Shown: piece after piece, positions 8,491 to 16,808 of the stretch
Layout: every line of letters starts with the position of its first letter
Position numbering within the stretch: position 1 is the first letter of the stretch
DNA from: Nitrospinales bacterium
GTDB lineage: Bacteria > Nitrospinota > Nitrospinia > Nitrospinales > JAJDAT01
Assembly (NCBI GenBank): GCA_046757665.1
Contig: JBHHYO010000040.1
Location: forward strand, 1-23,964
Reading direction: 5' to 3'
DNA length: 23,964 bases
The notes under the pieces: model-generated
Told to the model about the DNA's origin: nothing
Databases searched by the model: none
The model's input: the letters and a program-made list of their open reading frames with translations, nothing else
Translations under genes and position numbers: made by a program

Positions 8491-9174
8491 ATGAAGAAGA
8501 GAATGAATATCCGAATTTCCGGCCTGGGCGGGCAGGGGGCCGTAACGGCCGCACACCTTCTTGCTATGGCCGCCAATAATGAAGGGCTGTATTCCATTTC
8601 GAATCCGTTTTTCGGGGCCGAAAAACGCATGGCTCCGGCGGAAAGTTACGCCAGAATCGGGCCGGGAAAAATCTACGATCGCGGTGAGCTGGTTTACCCC
8701 GACGTGATTATGGTCTTCCATGCGCAAGTCATCACCATGCAGAAGAGCTACACCGCGCCGTTTTACTCCGGCATCAAGAAGGACGGTTTGATTGTCATCA
8801 ACGCCAGTGTCGATCTGCTGACGGAGAACGACCACAAGATGCTGGATGATTTGAACGTTGCGGTGTATAACTGTGATGCGACTCACCTGGCCCTGAATAT
8901 CGGCGGCACGGAACTGTCCACCAACATGGCCATGATCGGCGCATGTGCGGGCATCACCCGCGTTGTCGGTATGGATGCTCTCATCAAGGCATTGAATGAA
9001 CGTTTTGGCAAAAAGTACGTGGCTTCCGGCGGAACGGCCGTTCTGGATGAGGCCATCAAGAAAAAATACGCCAAAAAAGAGCAGTTGATCCAAAAAAATA
9101 TCGACACCATGGCCGAGTCTTACCGCTTGGCCGGTAAATGGGCGGAAGATCGTAACTTGGCCATTGCGGTTTAA
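8491..9174 (+). CDS. forG: 2-oxoacid:ferredoxin oxidoreductase, gamma subunit
   Basis: IRISGLGGQGAVTA, FGAEKRMAP, NMAMIGA; RBS GAGG. Confidence 0.88.
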   Translation: MKKRMNIRISGLGGQGAVTAAHLLAMAANNEGLYSISNPFFGAEKRMAPAESYARIGPGKIYDRGELVYPDVIMVFHAQVITMQKSYTAPFYSGIKKDGLIVINASVDLLTENDHKMLDDLNVAVYNCDATHLALNIGGTELSTNMAMIGACAGITRVVGMDALIKALNERFGKKYVASGGTAVLDEAIKKKYAKKEQLIQKNIDTMAESYRLAGKWAEDRNLAIAV

Positions 9175-9245
9175 CGCCGCGAGTTTGCTTTTAATAACCG
9201 GGGTCTTCCAAAGTCAGTTGCCCTGTAAAATAGAGAGGTTGAAGA

Positions 9246-9527
9246 GTGTATAACGTTGCTTTTGTAGATGACGATAAATGCGTGGCGGAAAAGGGATGCC
9301 GCCTTTGCATCATGTACTGTCCCGAGGCGGACACGATTGTGTTGGATGCTAATAAAATGAAAGCCTTGGTCAGGACTGAGAAGTGCAAGGGTTGTGACCT
9401 GTGTGTGGTCGTTTGCTCCACCCATAAAGCCATATCCATGCATCCGGTCAATGAAGCCACCGGTGAAATATGCTTGGATGAGGAGCAAAAAGAATCCGCC
9501 GGCTTGGGCCAGGCTTACCAAGGTTGA
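9246..9527 (+). CDS. forE: Oxidoreductase epsilon subunit, ferredoxin-like [4Fe-4S] protein
   Basis: GTG start after GAGAGG; CVAEKGCRLCIMYCP and CKGCDLCVVVC cysteine motifs; last gene before the terminator. Confidence 0.8.
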   Translation: MYNVAFVDDDKCVAEKGCRLCIMYCPEADTIVLDANKMKALVRTEKCKGCDLCVVVCSTHKAISMHPVNEATGEICLDEEQKESAGLGQAYQG

Positions 9528-9552
9528 CTTTTCACTCGCACGGAACGATACC

Positions 9553-9592
9553 AAGCGACCCATGGCGCCAACGCCATGGGTCGCTTCCTTTT
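9553..9592 (+). terminator. Terminator hairpin closing the for operon
   Basis: Perfect 15-bp stem AAGCGACCCATGGCG/CGCCATGGGTCGCTT, CCAA loop, followed by CCTTTT, 25 nt after the forE stop. Confidence 0.75.
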
Positions 9593-9607
9593 ATCCTTAC
9601 CCCGCCA

Positions 9608-10174
9608 ATGAAACGCTCCGTACGCCGACATCACAAAAGACTTCTTGCGTTGGTTCTGTTGTTTGTCTTGCCGGCGACAAGCTTGAGTTTTTTGATGTTG
9701 CCCATGGCCCGTGCCGGGTCTGTGGATCGCCTTGGAAGCCGAATTCTCCTTGCCAAGCACAAGGGGGTTCCGCATGGACTGCTTCACAGTCTGGGCCGGA
9801 AAGGTTCCGGAATTTGCCCGCAAACCCGATCGACGGCAAATGCTCCGGATGAATTTTACGTTAAAAAAAATCCTCTGCCGGCTACCCTGGAAAATATAGA
9901 CGTCGGCCGCGCCCTTTACCAGGTGGATGCCCAGCCGACGGCCTGTAAAATTTGCCATGGCGCCGATGGCAATGGTTTTGGAATGATGGCGCAGGGTTTG
10001 ATTCCCATGCCGAGAAACTTCACTTGCGCGGAAACGATGCAAGAGATTCCCGACGGCCAGATATTTTGGATCATCAAGAACGGCTCGCCCGGGACCGGGA
10101 TGCCGCCCTATACCGGCCTGTCGGATGAGCAGATTTGGCAACTGGTGCTCTACCTGCGGCAGTTTGCCAAATAG
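9608..10174 (+). CDS. Exported monohaem c-type cytochrome
   Basis: Single CKICH haem motif, PRNFT, IIKNGSPGTGMP (probable distal Met), LSDEQIWQLVLYLR; basic plus hydrophobic signal-like N-terminus from ATG 9608. Confidence 0.85.
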   Translation: MKRSVRRHHKRLLALVLLFVLPATSLSFLMLPMARAGSVDRLGSRILLAKHKGVPHGLLHSLGRKGSGICPQTRSTANAPDEFYVKKNPLPATLENIDVGRALYQVDAQPTACKICHGADGNGFGMMAQGLIPMPRNFTCAETMQEIPDGQIFWIIKNGSPGTGMPPYTGLSDEQIWQLVLYLRQFAK

Positions 10175-10216
10175 TACAGTTCTTGGGCTGGCCTGTTTCT
10201 CGTAATCAGTTCGAAG

Positions 10217-11890
10217 TTAATGGATCGTCAGCTTTTTGTATTTGGAGCGGCGGTTCTCTTCCTTGCCCCCCAGCTCCCGCTTGCGAACTTCCCGGTAGTC
10301 TTCAAAATTACCTTCGAACCAGCGGACTTTTCTATCGCCCTCAAACACCAGCAGGTGGGTGCAAATCCGGTTCAGAAAAAACCGGTCATGGCTGATCACC
10401 AGAACACAACCGTTGAACTCCAGAAGGGCATTCTCGAGGGAACGCAGGGTGGCGACATCCAGATCGTTCGTGGGCTCATCCAGCAACAGGACGTTGCCGC
10501 CGCGCCGTAAAAGTTTTGCCAGGTGAACCCGATTCCTTTCGCCACCGGAGAGGTTGGCCAATTTCTTTTGTTGATCCGTTCCCTTGAAGTTAAAGCTGGC
10601 GGCATAGGAACGGGCGTTGACGGTGGCTCCGGCGATTTCCAGGAAATCACCTCCGCCACCGATTTCCTCGAACACCGTTTTTTCGTCATCCAAATGGTCG
10701 CGGTGCTGGTCCACATAAGACAGCCTCACCGTTTTTCCCAGGGTGACGGTTCCCTGGTCCGATTTGTCGTCGCCGACGATTAGCCGGAACAGCGTGGTCT
10801 TCCCCGTTCCATTGGGTCCGATCAGCCCGACGATGGCGCCGCGCGGGATATCAAGTTCCAGGTTTTCAAACAAGAGATTTTCTCCGTAGCCTTTGGTCAA
10901 GCCCCGGATTTCCATGACGGACTCGCCAAGAGCCGGGCCGGGAGCGATCTGGATTTCCCTGGGATTTTCCTGCATCACGATTTTTTGCGAAGCGAGTTTT
11001 TCATATTCCCGGACGCGGGACTTGTTCTTTTTGTTGCGGGCGCTGGGGTTGGAGCGAATCCACTCCAGTTCCCGGTCGAGCGTTTTGCTCAGTTTGGAAG
11101 CGGTTTTCTCGTGTTGTCGAAGCTGGTTGGCTTTTTGCTCCAGCCAGGCGGAGTAATTTCCTTCAAACGGGATTCCCCTGCCGCCGTCCAGTTCCAAGAT
11201 CCACTGGGTAATGTTATCCAGGAAATAACGGTCATGGGTGGAGATGATCACGTTGCCTGGGAAGTCCCGTAGCGTTTCTTCCAGCCATTGCACCGTTTCC
11301 GCATCCAGATGGTTGGTGGGTTCGTCCAGCAACATGAGGTCCGGTTTTTCGAGCAACAACCGGCACAAGGCGACGCGCCGGGCCTCGCCGCCGGAAAGGG
11401 TGGATACTTCCTGGTCGTCCGGCGGCAAGACCAGCGCATCCATGGCCACGCTCACCTGCCGGCCCAGTTCCCATCCGTCCGCGGCGTCGATTTCATCCTG
11501 GAGCCGGGCCATTTTATCCAGCGCCTTTTGCATTTCTTCATCGGACATCGGGTTGGCCATGCTGGCGCTGACTTCGTTGAATTCATCAATCGATTTCCGG
11601 ATACCGGCAAAAGCTTCCTCAACAACTTCGCGGACGGTTTTTCCCGGTTCCAGGCGGGGCTCCTGGGGGAGGTAGCCGATGCGCGTTCCCTTGAGAGGTT
11701 TGGCCTGGCCTTCAAAATTGTCGTCCTCCTGGGCCATGATGCGGAGTAGCGTCGATTTTCCCGATCCGTTTTTGCCGACGATGCCGATTTTGGCGCCATG
11801 GTAAAACGACAGGTGAATGTCCTTTAATATGACTTTGTGTCCGTAGGACTTGCCCAAGCCGCTCATGGTAAAGATGTATTCTCCGGCCAT
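10217..11890 (-). CDS. ettA: Energy-dependent translational throttle ABC-F ATPase EttA
   Basis: Two ABC domains (GKNGSGKST, LSGGE, LLDEPTNHLD; GPNGTGKTT, LSGGERNR, LLDEPTNDLD), MAGEYIFTM start with AGGGAG RBS, PFEGNYSAWLEQK and RELEWIR. Confidence 0.95.
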   Translation of the reverse strand: MAGEYIFTMSGLGKSYGHKVILKDIHLSFYHGAKIGIVGKNGSGKSTLLRIMAQEDDNFEGQAKPLKGTRIGYLPQEPRLEPGKTVREVVEEAFAGIRKSIDEFNEVSASMANPMSDEEMQKALDKMARLQDEIDAADGWELGRQVSVAMDALVLPPDDQEVSTLSGGEARRVALCRLLLEKPDLMLLDEPTNHLDAETVQWLEETLRDFPGNVIISTHDRYFLDNITQWILELDGGRGIPFEGNYSAWLEQKANQLRQHEKTASKLSKTLDRELEWIRSNPSARNKKNKSRVREYEKLASQKIVMQENPREIQIAPGPALGESVMEIRGLTKGYGENLLFENLELDIPRGAIVGLIGPNGTGKTTLFRLIVGDDKSDQGTVTLGKTVRLSYVDQHRDHLDDEKTVFEEIGGGGDFLEIAGATVNARSYAASFNFKGTDQQKKLANLSGGERNRVHLAKLLRRGGNVLLLDEPTNDLDVATLRSLENALLEFNGCVLVISHDRFFLNRICTHLLVFEGDRKVRWFEGNFEDYREVRKRELGGKEENRRSKYKKLTIH

Positions 11891-12013
11891 GGTTCTCCCT
11901 ATAGATGAAAGGTTAGTAAGTGTTGCGGAGGATTTTCCGGGAAGCGGTGCCAAGCGGCAACAGGGCGTGTTTGCAACCGCCTCGCCGGTTTGTCGAAGTA
12001 TCTCGATCAGGAA

Positions 12014-13483
12014 TTATACAACTTCCCGGTCAAAAAATTCTCGCCGGGGCAGACCGTCCATGTAGTTTCGAATATCGTTTTTATAGGAGACGAACGGGTC
12101 CACCATCAGGAAGGGCTCTTCGTTGTCGAGGCGGAAACCGAACCAATCGATAATATAAGCGGGTTTTCCATACTTCGACTGTCGTTCGATAAGGGTTTTG
12201 ACGAGTTCGCCGCGGCCGTCGGCGCGGGTGCCTTTGGGTGGGACGCTTTTGGCGCGTTCGATAGCGGCATCGCTGGTCTTTCGGTAGGCGTCGCCGTTTT
12301 CCTCCAGTCCCCAGTACAGCCCCTGTTCCTTGTTCAGGTTGTGAAATTCCAGGTCCAGGCTTTTGAGCCACGGGTCGTGCCAGTCCAGGTTTTCTTCGTT
12401 ACGGAATTCGTTCAGCATCCAATACTTTCCGGCCCAGTCCACGCGGCCGAGAACCGCCTCCGGCCCCTTGGCGAGGTCTTGTAAAACCGACTCCCAGGCC
12501 CGGATAATCCAATCCGTTTCCAGGCTTGTTCCCGAGAGATGTTTTTTGGCGGCCTCCATGATTTCCATTTGCAGTTCCAAGGCGGTGGTGTGGCGTCCGT
12601 TTCCCAGGATGATGGGCCACTTGAACTCTTGATCGCGGGAAATTTCCCGCATGGTTGAAACGGAGTCGATGAGAATCCAACTGGGATCGCAGGCGCCCAT
12701 TTCGATAAGGTCCATCATGAGCGAGGTGGTTCCCATTTTCATGGCGACGGCAAACTCGCTCATATTGGAATCGCCGACCAGCAGGTGGACCCGGCGGAAC
12801 TTGTGGGGGTCGGCCAGGGGTTCGTCGCGGGTGTTGACGATGGCGCGGTTGTATTGCACCCATCGGTAAGCCTCGTTGGGAACGTGGTCGGCGCGCTGGG
12901 AAATTTGGAAATCGATTTTTTCGTATTCCGGGCCGGTTCGCGTCAATCCGTCCCAATCCTTGAACGGATGCGGGTTGCAGGCGCCGATCCGCCCCGCGCC
13001 GCACAGAATCTGGCGGGTGACCAAAAAGGAAGCCAGCAGTTTGATGCTTTTCTGGTTGTCGAACGGGTAGGAGCGGTTTCTCAGGTAATTTTCATGGCAT
13101 CCAAACGTGGCGTTGGATTCAAGGTCGACGTTGTTCTTGATGATCGCCACCTGGTTGGCCCATCCCAGCTCCTCCAGCGCTTCCTGGATGATCAGGTCTC
13201 CGGCGCGGTCGAAGGTGATGAGGTCAACCAGGTTGGAACATTCCGGACTGGCGTATTCCAAGTGGCCCATGTCCAGATAAATTCGTCCGCCGTTGGCCAG
13301 AAAACCGCCGTTGTCGGGCGGTTCGTCATTGGCCCGGTAATGTTGGTCCAGCAGGCCGATTTTTTGCGTGTTGAAAATATATTCCTTGATGCAAATGGCG
13401 ACCTCGACGGGTCCCAGCTTGAAATCGTCGTTCTTGATGAGCATCCCGTACTCGGTTTCAATGCCAAAAATGCGTTTTCTCAT
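12014..13483 (-). CDS. pafA: PafA-like modifier-protein ligase (glutamine synthetase/carboxylate-amine ligase fold)
   Basis: RIFGIETEYG, FLANGGRIYLDMGHLEYASPEC, GCHENY, NTRDEPLAD, RRVHLLVGDSNMSE; ATG 13483 overlaps prcA stop (ATGA). Confidence 0.9.
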   Translation of the reverse strand: MRKRIFGIETEYGMLIKNDDFKLGPVEVAICIKEYIFNTQKIGLLDQHYRANDEPPDNGGFLANGGRIYLDMGHLEYASPECSNLVDLITFDRAGDLIIQEALEELGWANQVAIIKNNVDLESNATFGCHENYLRNRSYPFDNQKSIKLLASFLVTRQILCGAGRIGACNPHPFKDWDGLTRTGPEYEKIDFQISQRADHVPNEAYRWVQYNRAIVNTRDEPLADPHKFRRVHLLVGDSNMSEFAVAMKMGTTSLMMDLIEMGACDPSWILIDSVSTMREISRDQEFKWPIILGNGRHTTALELQMEIMEAAKKHLSGTSLETDWIIRAWESVLQDLAKGPEAVLGRVDWAGKYWMLNEFRNEENLDWHDPWLKSLDLEFHNLNKEQGLYWGLEENGDAYRKTSDAAIERAKSVPPKGTRADGRGELVKTLIERQSKYGKPAYIIDWFGFRLDNEEPFLMVDPFVSYKNDIRNYMDGLPRREFFDREVV

Positions 13484-14223
13484 GATGACAAACAAGCCGC
13501 CTTCAATTGTTCTATTTCCTGGCCGGACAGGGGCCGGTAGATGGATTTCCGTGGAGCCGTGTGGCAAAGCACGGCGCCCTCAAGAATCCACTTGTCGAAA
13601 GCTTCCTTGAGGGCGGTGGGGGAGTCGTCGTCCTCGTCATTAATTTGCTGTCTTCCTTTCTCCCAAAGCTTGCAGGCCTCCAGCAGAGCGCGGTCGAGCG
13701 AAAAATCGGCGAAGGGTTTTTCGGTAATTTGTTGATCGAGCCAGTCGGCCATTTTTTTGTTGCCACAAACCACGGCGCCTTTTTTAAAGGTTTCCCAGTA
13801 GCCGTCGTAATTCAGGTGGAAAAAATGAGGTGCGCCATCCAGGTCGATTTCGACCAGCACCAACTGAACCAGGTACGGTGCGCGCTGAACCTCCTCGAAA
13901 TTTTGTTTCAAGGCGGGAGCAAGACCGAACTGGAGCAGGCGGGTCAGCGTCACATCCCGCGCTGACCGGTTGAATCCTTCCACGTGGGCCATGTCGAGCA
14001 GGATCATGCGCAGTTTTTCTACGTCGGCGGGATGCCCCATGCCGCCGATGGCGATGCGGTCATAAATTTCGTAAATTTTCCCCGGCTGGGGACAAAACCC
14101 CAGCAACAAGGCCCCGTCCTTGAACGGGACGGCCAGCACGGGCTGTCCCTTCTTGAGTTTCCCCTGGACGTAACCGTGTCGCGTCGCAATGGCCTCGGTC
14201 CAGCGAAACGGCTCGTCAAACAT
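13480..14223 (-). CDS. prcA: 20S proteasome alpha subunit (divergent, UBact-operon type)
   Basis: KIYEIYDRIAIGGMG, RSARDVT, PYLVQLVLVEI...YDG resemble actinobacterial PrcA; lies between prcB and pafA. Confidence 0.88.
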   Translation of the reverse strand: MFDEPFRWTEAIATRHGYVQGKLKKGQPVLAVPFKDGALLLGFCPQPGKIYEIYDRIAIGGMGHPADVEKLRMILLDMAHVEGFNRSARDVTLTRLLQFGLAPALKQNFEEVQRAPYLVQLVLVEIDLDGAPHFFHLNYDGYWETFKKGAVVCGNKKMADWLDQQITEKPFADFSLDRALLEACKLWEKGRQQINDEDDDSPTALKEAFDKWILEGAVLCHTAPRKSIYRPLSGQEIEQLKAACLSS

Positions 14224-15025
14224 GTTTATTCCCCTGCATGGATTTTTTGAACAAATCGGCCATCTCGTCTTCCGGGATGAAATGGTAGCCGTCCCGGGTG
14301 ATGCTGGCGATGATGGGGAAGATATTTTCCTCGGGCCGGGCCTGGCCGGTTGCGCTGTCGAACAGGGCCGCGGTATGCAACAGGCGGATGGCGAGCATTG
14401 CGGCTTCCCGCCGGTTGCGCCGCTCCAACGGTTTTGCTCCCCAGAGGTTTTCGTGTTCGAGGATGCCGCGGATCATGGGCGACCCGGAGCCGGTGGCGGT
14501 GTGAGTTAAGATTTGAAACTGCGCGCCCATCATGTCGTAAAAATAAATTGCGGGCTTGTTTTTCTGAACGTCGAACAGGGCGAGAATGGGACTCACCGCG
14601 CCGATGCCCTGCATGGCCATTCCCACGTTTTCCTTAAGCAGTCTGGACAGGGCGCGGATTTTGCCTTCCGCGCTCAGGGACTGGAGTTGGGAGCGGCGGT
14701 AGTATTCGAAGTTGTGCGACATGATGCGGGCCATTTCAAAAGCGGTTGCCGGCACTCCGGCAATGGCCATCAGGGAATAATCGTCAATCGGGATCACCTT
14801 GTCGCAACGTTCGTACATGATGTTGGTGCCGGCCGAGGCCCGCCGGTCGCCGGCTACGATGACGCCGTCCTTGAAATGAAACGCCAGAACGGTAGTGCCC
14901 TGGGTTACGCTGGAGGTCTCCGGGCCCGGCAAATGCTTCGACACCGCCTGCCACCGGTAACCGGAACGTTGCAGAAGGTCGAAAAAATCGCCGGTAGTTG
15001 AGTTTTCCAATGCGCTTGTTTTCAT
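14216..15025 (-). CDS. prcB: 20S proteasome beta subunit with 43-aa propeptide
   Basis: QG|TTVLAFHFKDGVIVAGDRRAS; catalytic Thr1, Asp17 and Lys33 are present at exactly canonical spacing; ATGSGS motif. Confidence 0.95.
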   Translation of the reverse strand: MKTSALENSTTGDFFDLLQRSGYRWQAVSKHLPGPETSSVTQGTTVLAFHFKDGVIVAGDRRASAGTNIMYERCDKVIPIDDYSLMAIAGVPATAFEMARIMSHNFEYYRRSQLQSLSAEGKIRALSRLLKENVGMAMQGIGAVSPILALFDVQKNKPAIYFYDMMGAQFQILTHTATGSGSPMIRGILEHENLWGAKPLERRNRREAAMLAIRLLHTAALFDSATGQARPEENIFPIIASITRDGYHFIPEDEMADLFKKSMQGNKHV

Positions 15026-15198
15026 TGGCCCGTTCGTTGTCGATATTTTTCCGACTGTTTTGGGTCGACTTTTTTCATGCGCTTCAAAATACTGTCACGT
15101 CCGGGCCGGGAAACGTCTGGCCGGGACGGGCCGATTTCCTTGTGGTCGGGTGCGGGGTCCTTTTTTTCCTCGCGTCTTAAGGGATCATTTAAGTCCAT
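15022..15198 (-). CDS. ubact: Ubiquitin-like small modifier UBact (58 aa)
   Basis: MDLNDPLRREEKKDPAP...LKRMKKVDPKQSEKYRQRTGQ; C-terminal R[T/S]G[E/Q] and LxRM..VDP pattern of UBact; AAAAGGAG RBS; occupies the pup position between dop and prcB; stop overlaps prcB ATG. Confidence 0.9.
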   Translation of the reverse strand: MDLNDPLRREEKKDPAPDHKEIGPSRPDVSRPGRDSILKRMKKVDPKQSEKYRQRTGQ

Positions 15199-15317
15199 GC
15201 GAACGACTCCTTTTGGTAAGTGACTTTTTTTAAATCGGTGGCGGAGGTTTTCCAACCCGCGTATAAGCAAACGGGAAAGCTCGCCGCTTAAGTCAAGCCA
15301 CTATTTTATTAAAGTTT

Positions 15318-16808
15318 TTAACCCGGTTGCAAAATGTTTTTAGATATGTCCTTAAGCATGTTTTCAACTTCGCCGGGTTCAATGACGCCGCTCAAGTCGA
15401 GGGCGCTTTCGTTTTTGAATTCAATGCCGGTCCAATGAATGGATTTTATTTCCTCGGCGCGAGATGCGACGGCCTGCCCGCGGATCATGGCCCGGGTGCC
15501 CTCGGGCGGATGATGAACGGCATCTTCCACTTCCCTGTCGGTGCACAGCCGGGTTACGCTACCTTCCTCTTCCAGGCCGCGGTACAACCCGCGTTCGGCG
15601 TCGAGATTATGATATTCCAAATCGAGGCTTTGCATCCAGGGGTCGCGCCAATCAAGGTTCTCGGATTCCAGGAAGCGGTTGAACAGTTTGTCCTTGATCG
15701 CCCAGTCGATCCGGTCGGCCAGGTTTTCGGATTGATGACGCAGATCGTGCAAGGTGCGGCCCCACTCCCGGATCACCCAGTCCCAGTCCTGGCGTCGGCC
15801 TTCATAGTGCCGCGTGGCTTCCGAGAGATACCAGTCCTGGATTTCCAGGGGGGAAATGGTCCGGCCCGTTTCCCGCTTGAGCAAAACGGAACCTGTTTTG
15901 TCCCGCGATACCTGTTTGATATCGGCGACGGGGTCGGCCAGCACGGGAGGGGCGGAAATTTTTTCCTCGCCGATCAAGGTCAGGACCATCTGCGTGGTTC
16001 CCACTTTCAACGCCGTGGCGTACGGCGACATGTTGGCGTCGCCGAGAATCAGGTGAAGCCTGCGGTACTCTTCGCCCGGAGCATGTGGCTCGTCGCGGGT
16101 ATTGACGATGGGTCTCCGGGTCATGGTTTCGATGCTCAGCAGGGTCTCGATGAAATCGGATCGCTGGGAGAGTTGCAGTCCCGTGAACGGTTCCGTTTGT
16201 TTTGTTTCGGAGCCGACTTTCCCCGCCCCGGCGTAAAGTTGCCGGGTGACCAAAAACGGCGTCAGCCGCTCCACCCAATATTCAAACGGCAGTTTGCGGG
16301 GGATCAGGTAATTATCGTGCGTGCCGTAGCTATGGCCGCTGTAATCGGTATTATTTTTGTATAACTGGACGGCGTTTTCTCCGATCTCCCGGTTTCTCAG
16401 GCGGGCGCATTCGGCGAGAATCCTTTCTCCGGCGCGGTCCTGGGCAACCAGTTGGAAAATGTTCCGGCACTCGGCGGTGCTGTATTCGGGGTGGGTATGG
16501 TCGTTGTAAAACCGGGCTCCATTGGTCAGCACCCGGTCGCTTTTCATTTCCCAATAGGAATAGGGCCGCTTGCGGTCCTGTTTGCAAAACTCGTCCTCTT
16601 CCTGGTCCTGGGCGAGCTGGGCGACGGAAAACCCGCGCTGGTCGAGGTGGCTACGCTCCCGGGAATAGGCCCAGATGCCGAATACGCTTTTTATCGGACA
16701 GCATTTCAGCAGGGCCATGGATTCATCGACCGGGTCCGAGACTTCGACATTTTCCCGGATGATGCCGTATTCCGTTTCGATCCCCATCAAGGGCACAATG
16801 TTGCTCAT
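15318..16808 (-). CDS. dop: Dop-like deamidase/deconjugase
   Basis: LMGIETEYG, Dop-loop-like WAYSRERSHLDQRGF, VLTNGARFYNDHTHPEYSTAEC, YKNNTDYSGHSYGTHDNY, YRRLHLILGDANMS. Confidence 0.92.
   Translation of the reverse strand: MSNIVPLMGIETEYGIIRENVEVSDPVDESMALLKCCPIKSVFGIWAYSRERSHLDQRGFSVAQLAQDQEEDEFCKQDRKRPYSYWEMKSDRVLTNGARFYNDHTHPEYSTAECRNIFQLVAQDRAGERILAECARLRNREIGENAVQLYKNNTDYSGHSYGTHDNYLIPRKLPFEYWVERLTPFLVTRQLYAGAGKVGSETKQTEPFTGLQLSQRSDFIETLLSIETMTRRPIVNTRDEPHAPGEEYRRLHLILGDANMSPYATALKVGTTQMVLTLIGEEKISAPPVLADPVADIKQVSRDKTGSVLLKRETGRTISPLEIQDWYLSEATRHYEGRRQDWDWVIREWGRTLHDLRHQSENLADRIDWAIKDKLFNRFLESENLDWRDPWMQSLDLEYHNLDAERGLYRGLEEEGSVTRLCTDREVEDAVHHPPEGTRAMIRGQAVASRAEEIKSIHWTGIEFKNESALDLSGVIEPGEVENMLKDISKNILQPG

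Noticed and set aside
6206-9093. Long antisense ORFs (389 aa at 6206-7375 and 518 aa at 7537-9093)
   Set aside because: Shadow frames opposite well-supported for genes, expected from GC-rich codon bias; no motifs.
9524-9607. Upstream extension of the cytochrome c ORF
   Set aside because: Runs through the terminator hairpin; the signal-like N-terminus begins at ATG 9608.
11935-11953. TGGCAC on the minus strand upstream of ettA as a sigma54 -24 box
   Set aside because: No TTGC -12 element at the required spacing.
13484-13567. Longer start for pafA
   Set aside because: Overlaps prcA; the family starts just before RIFGIETEYG and ATG 13483 gives an ATGA coupling.
15022-15270. Calling the small ORF Pup, or using the 82-aa version
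   Set aside because: It ends in RTGQ, not GG[E/Q], and is basic rather than acidic; the RBS supports ATG 15198.
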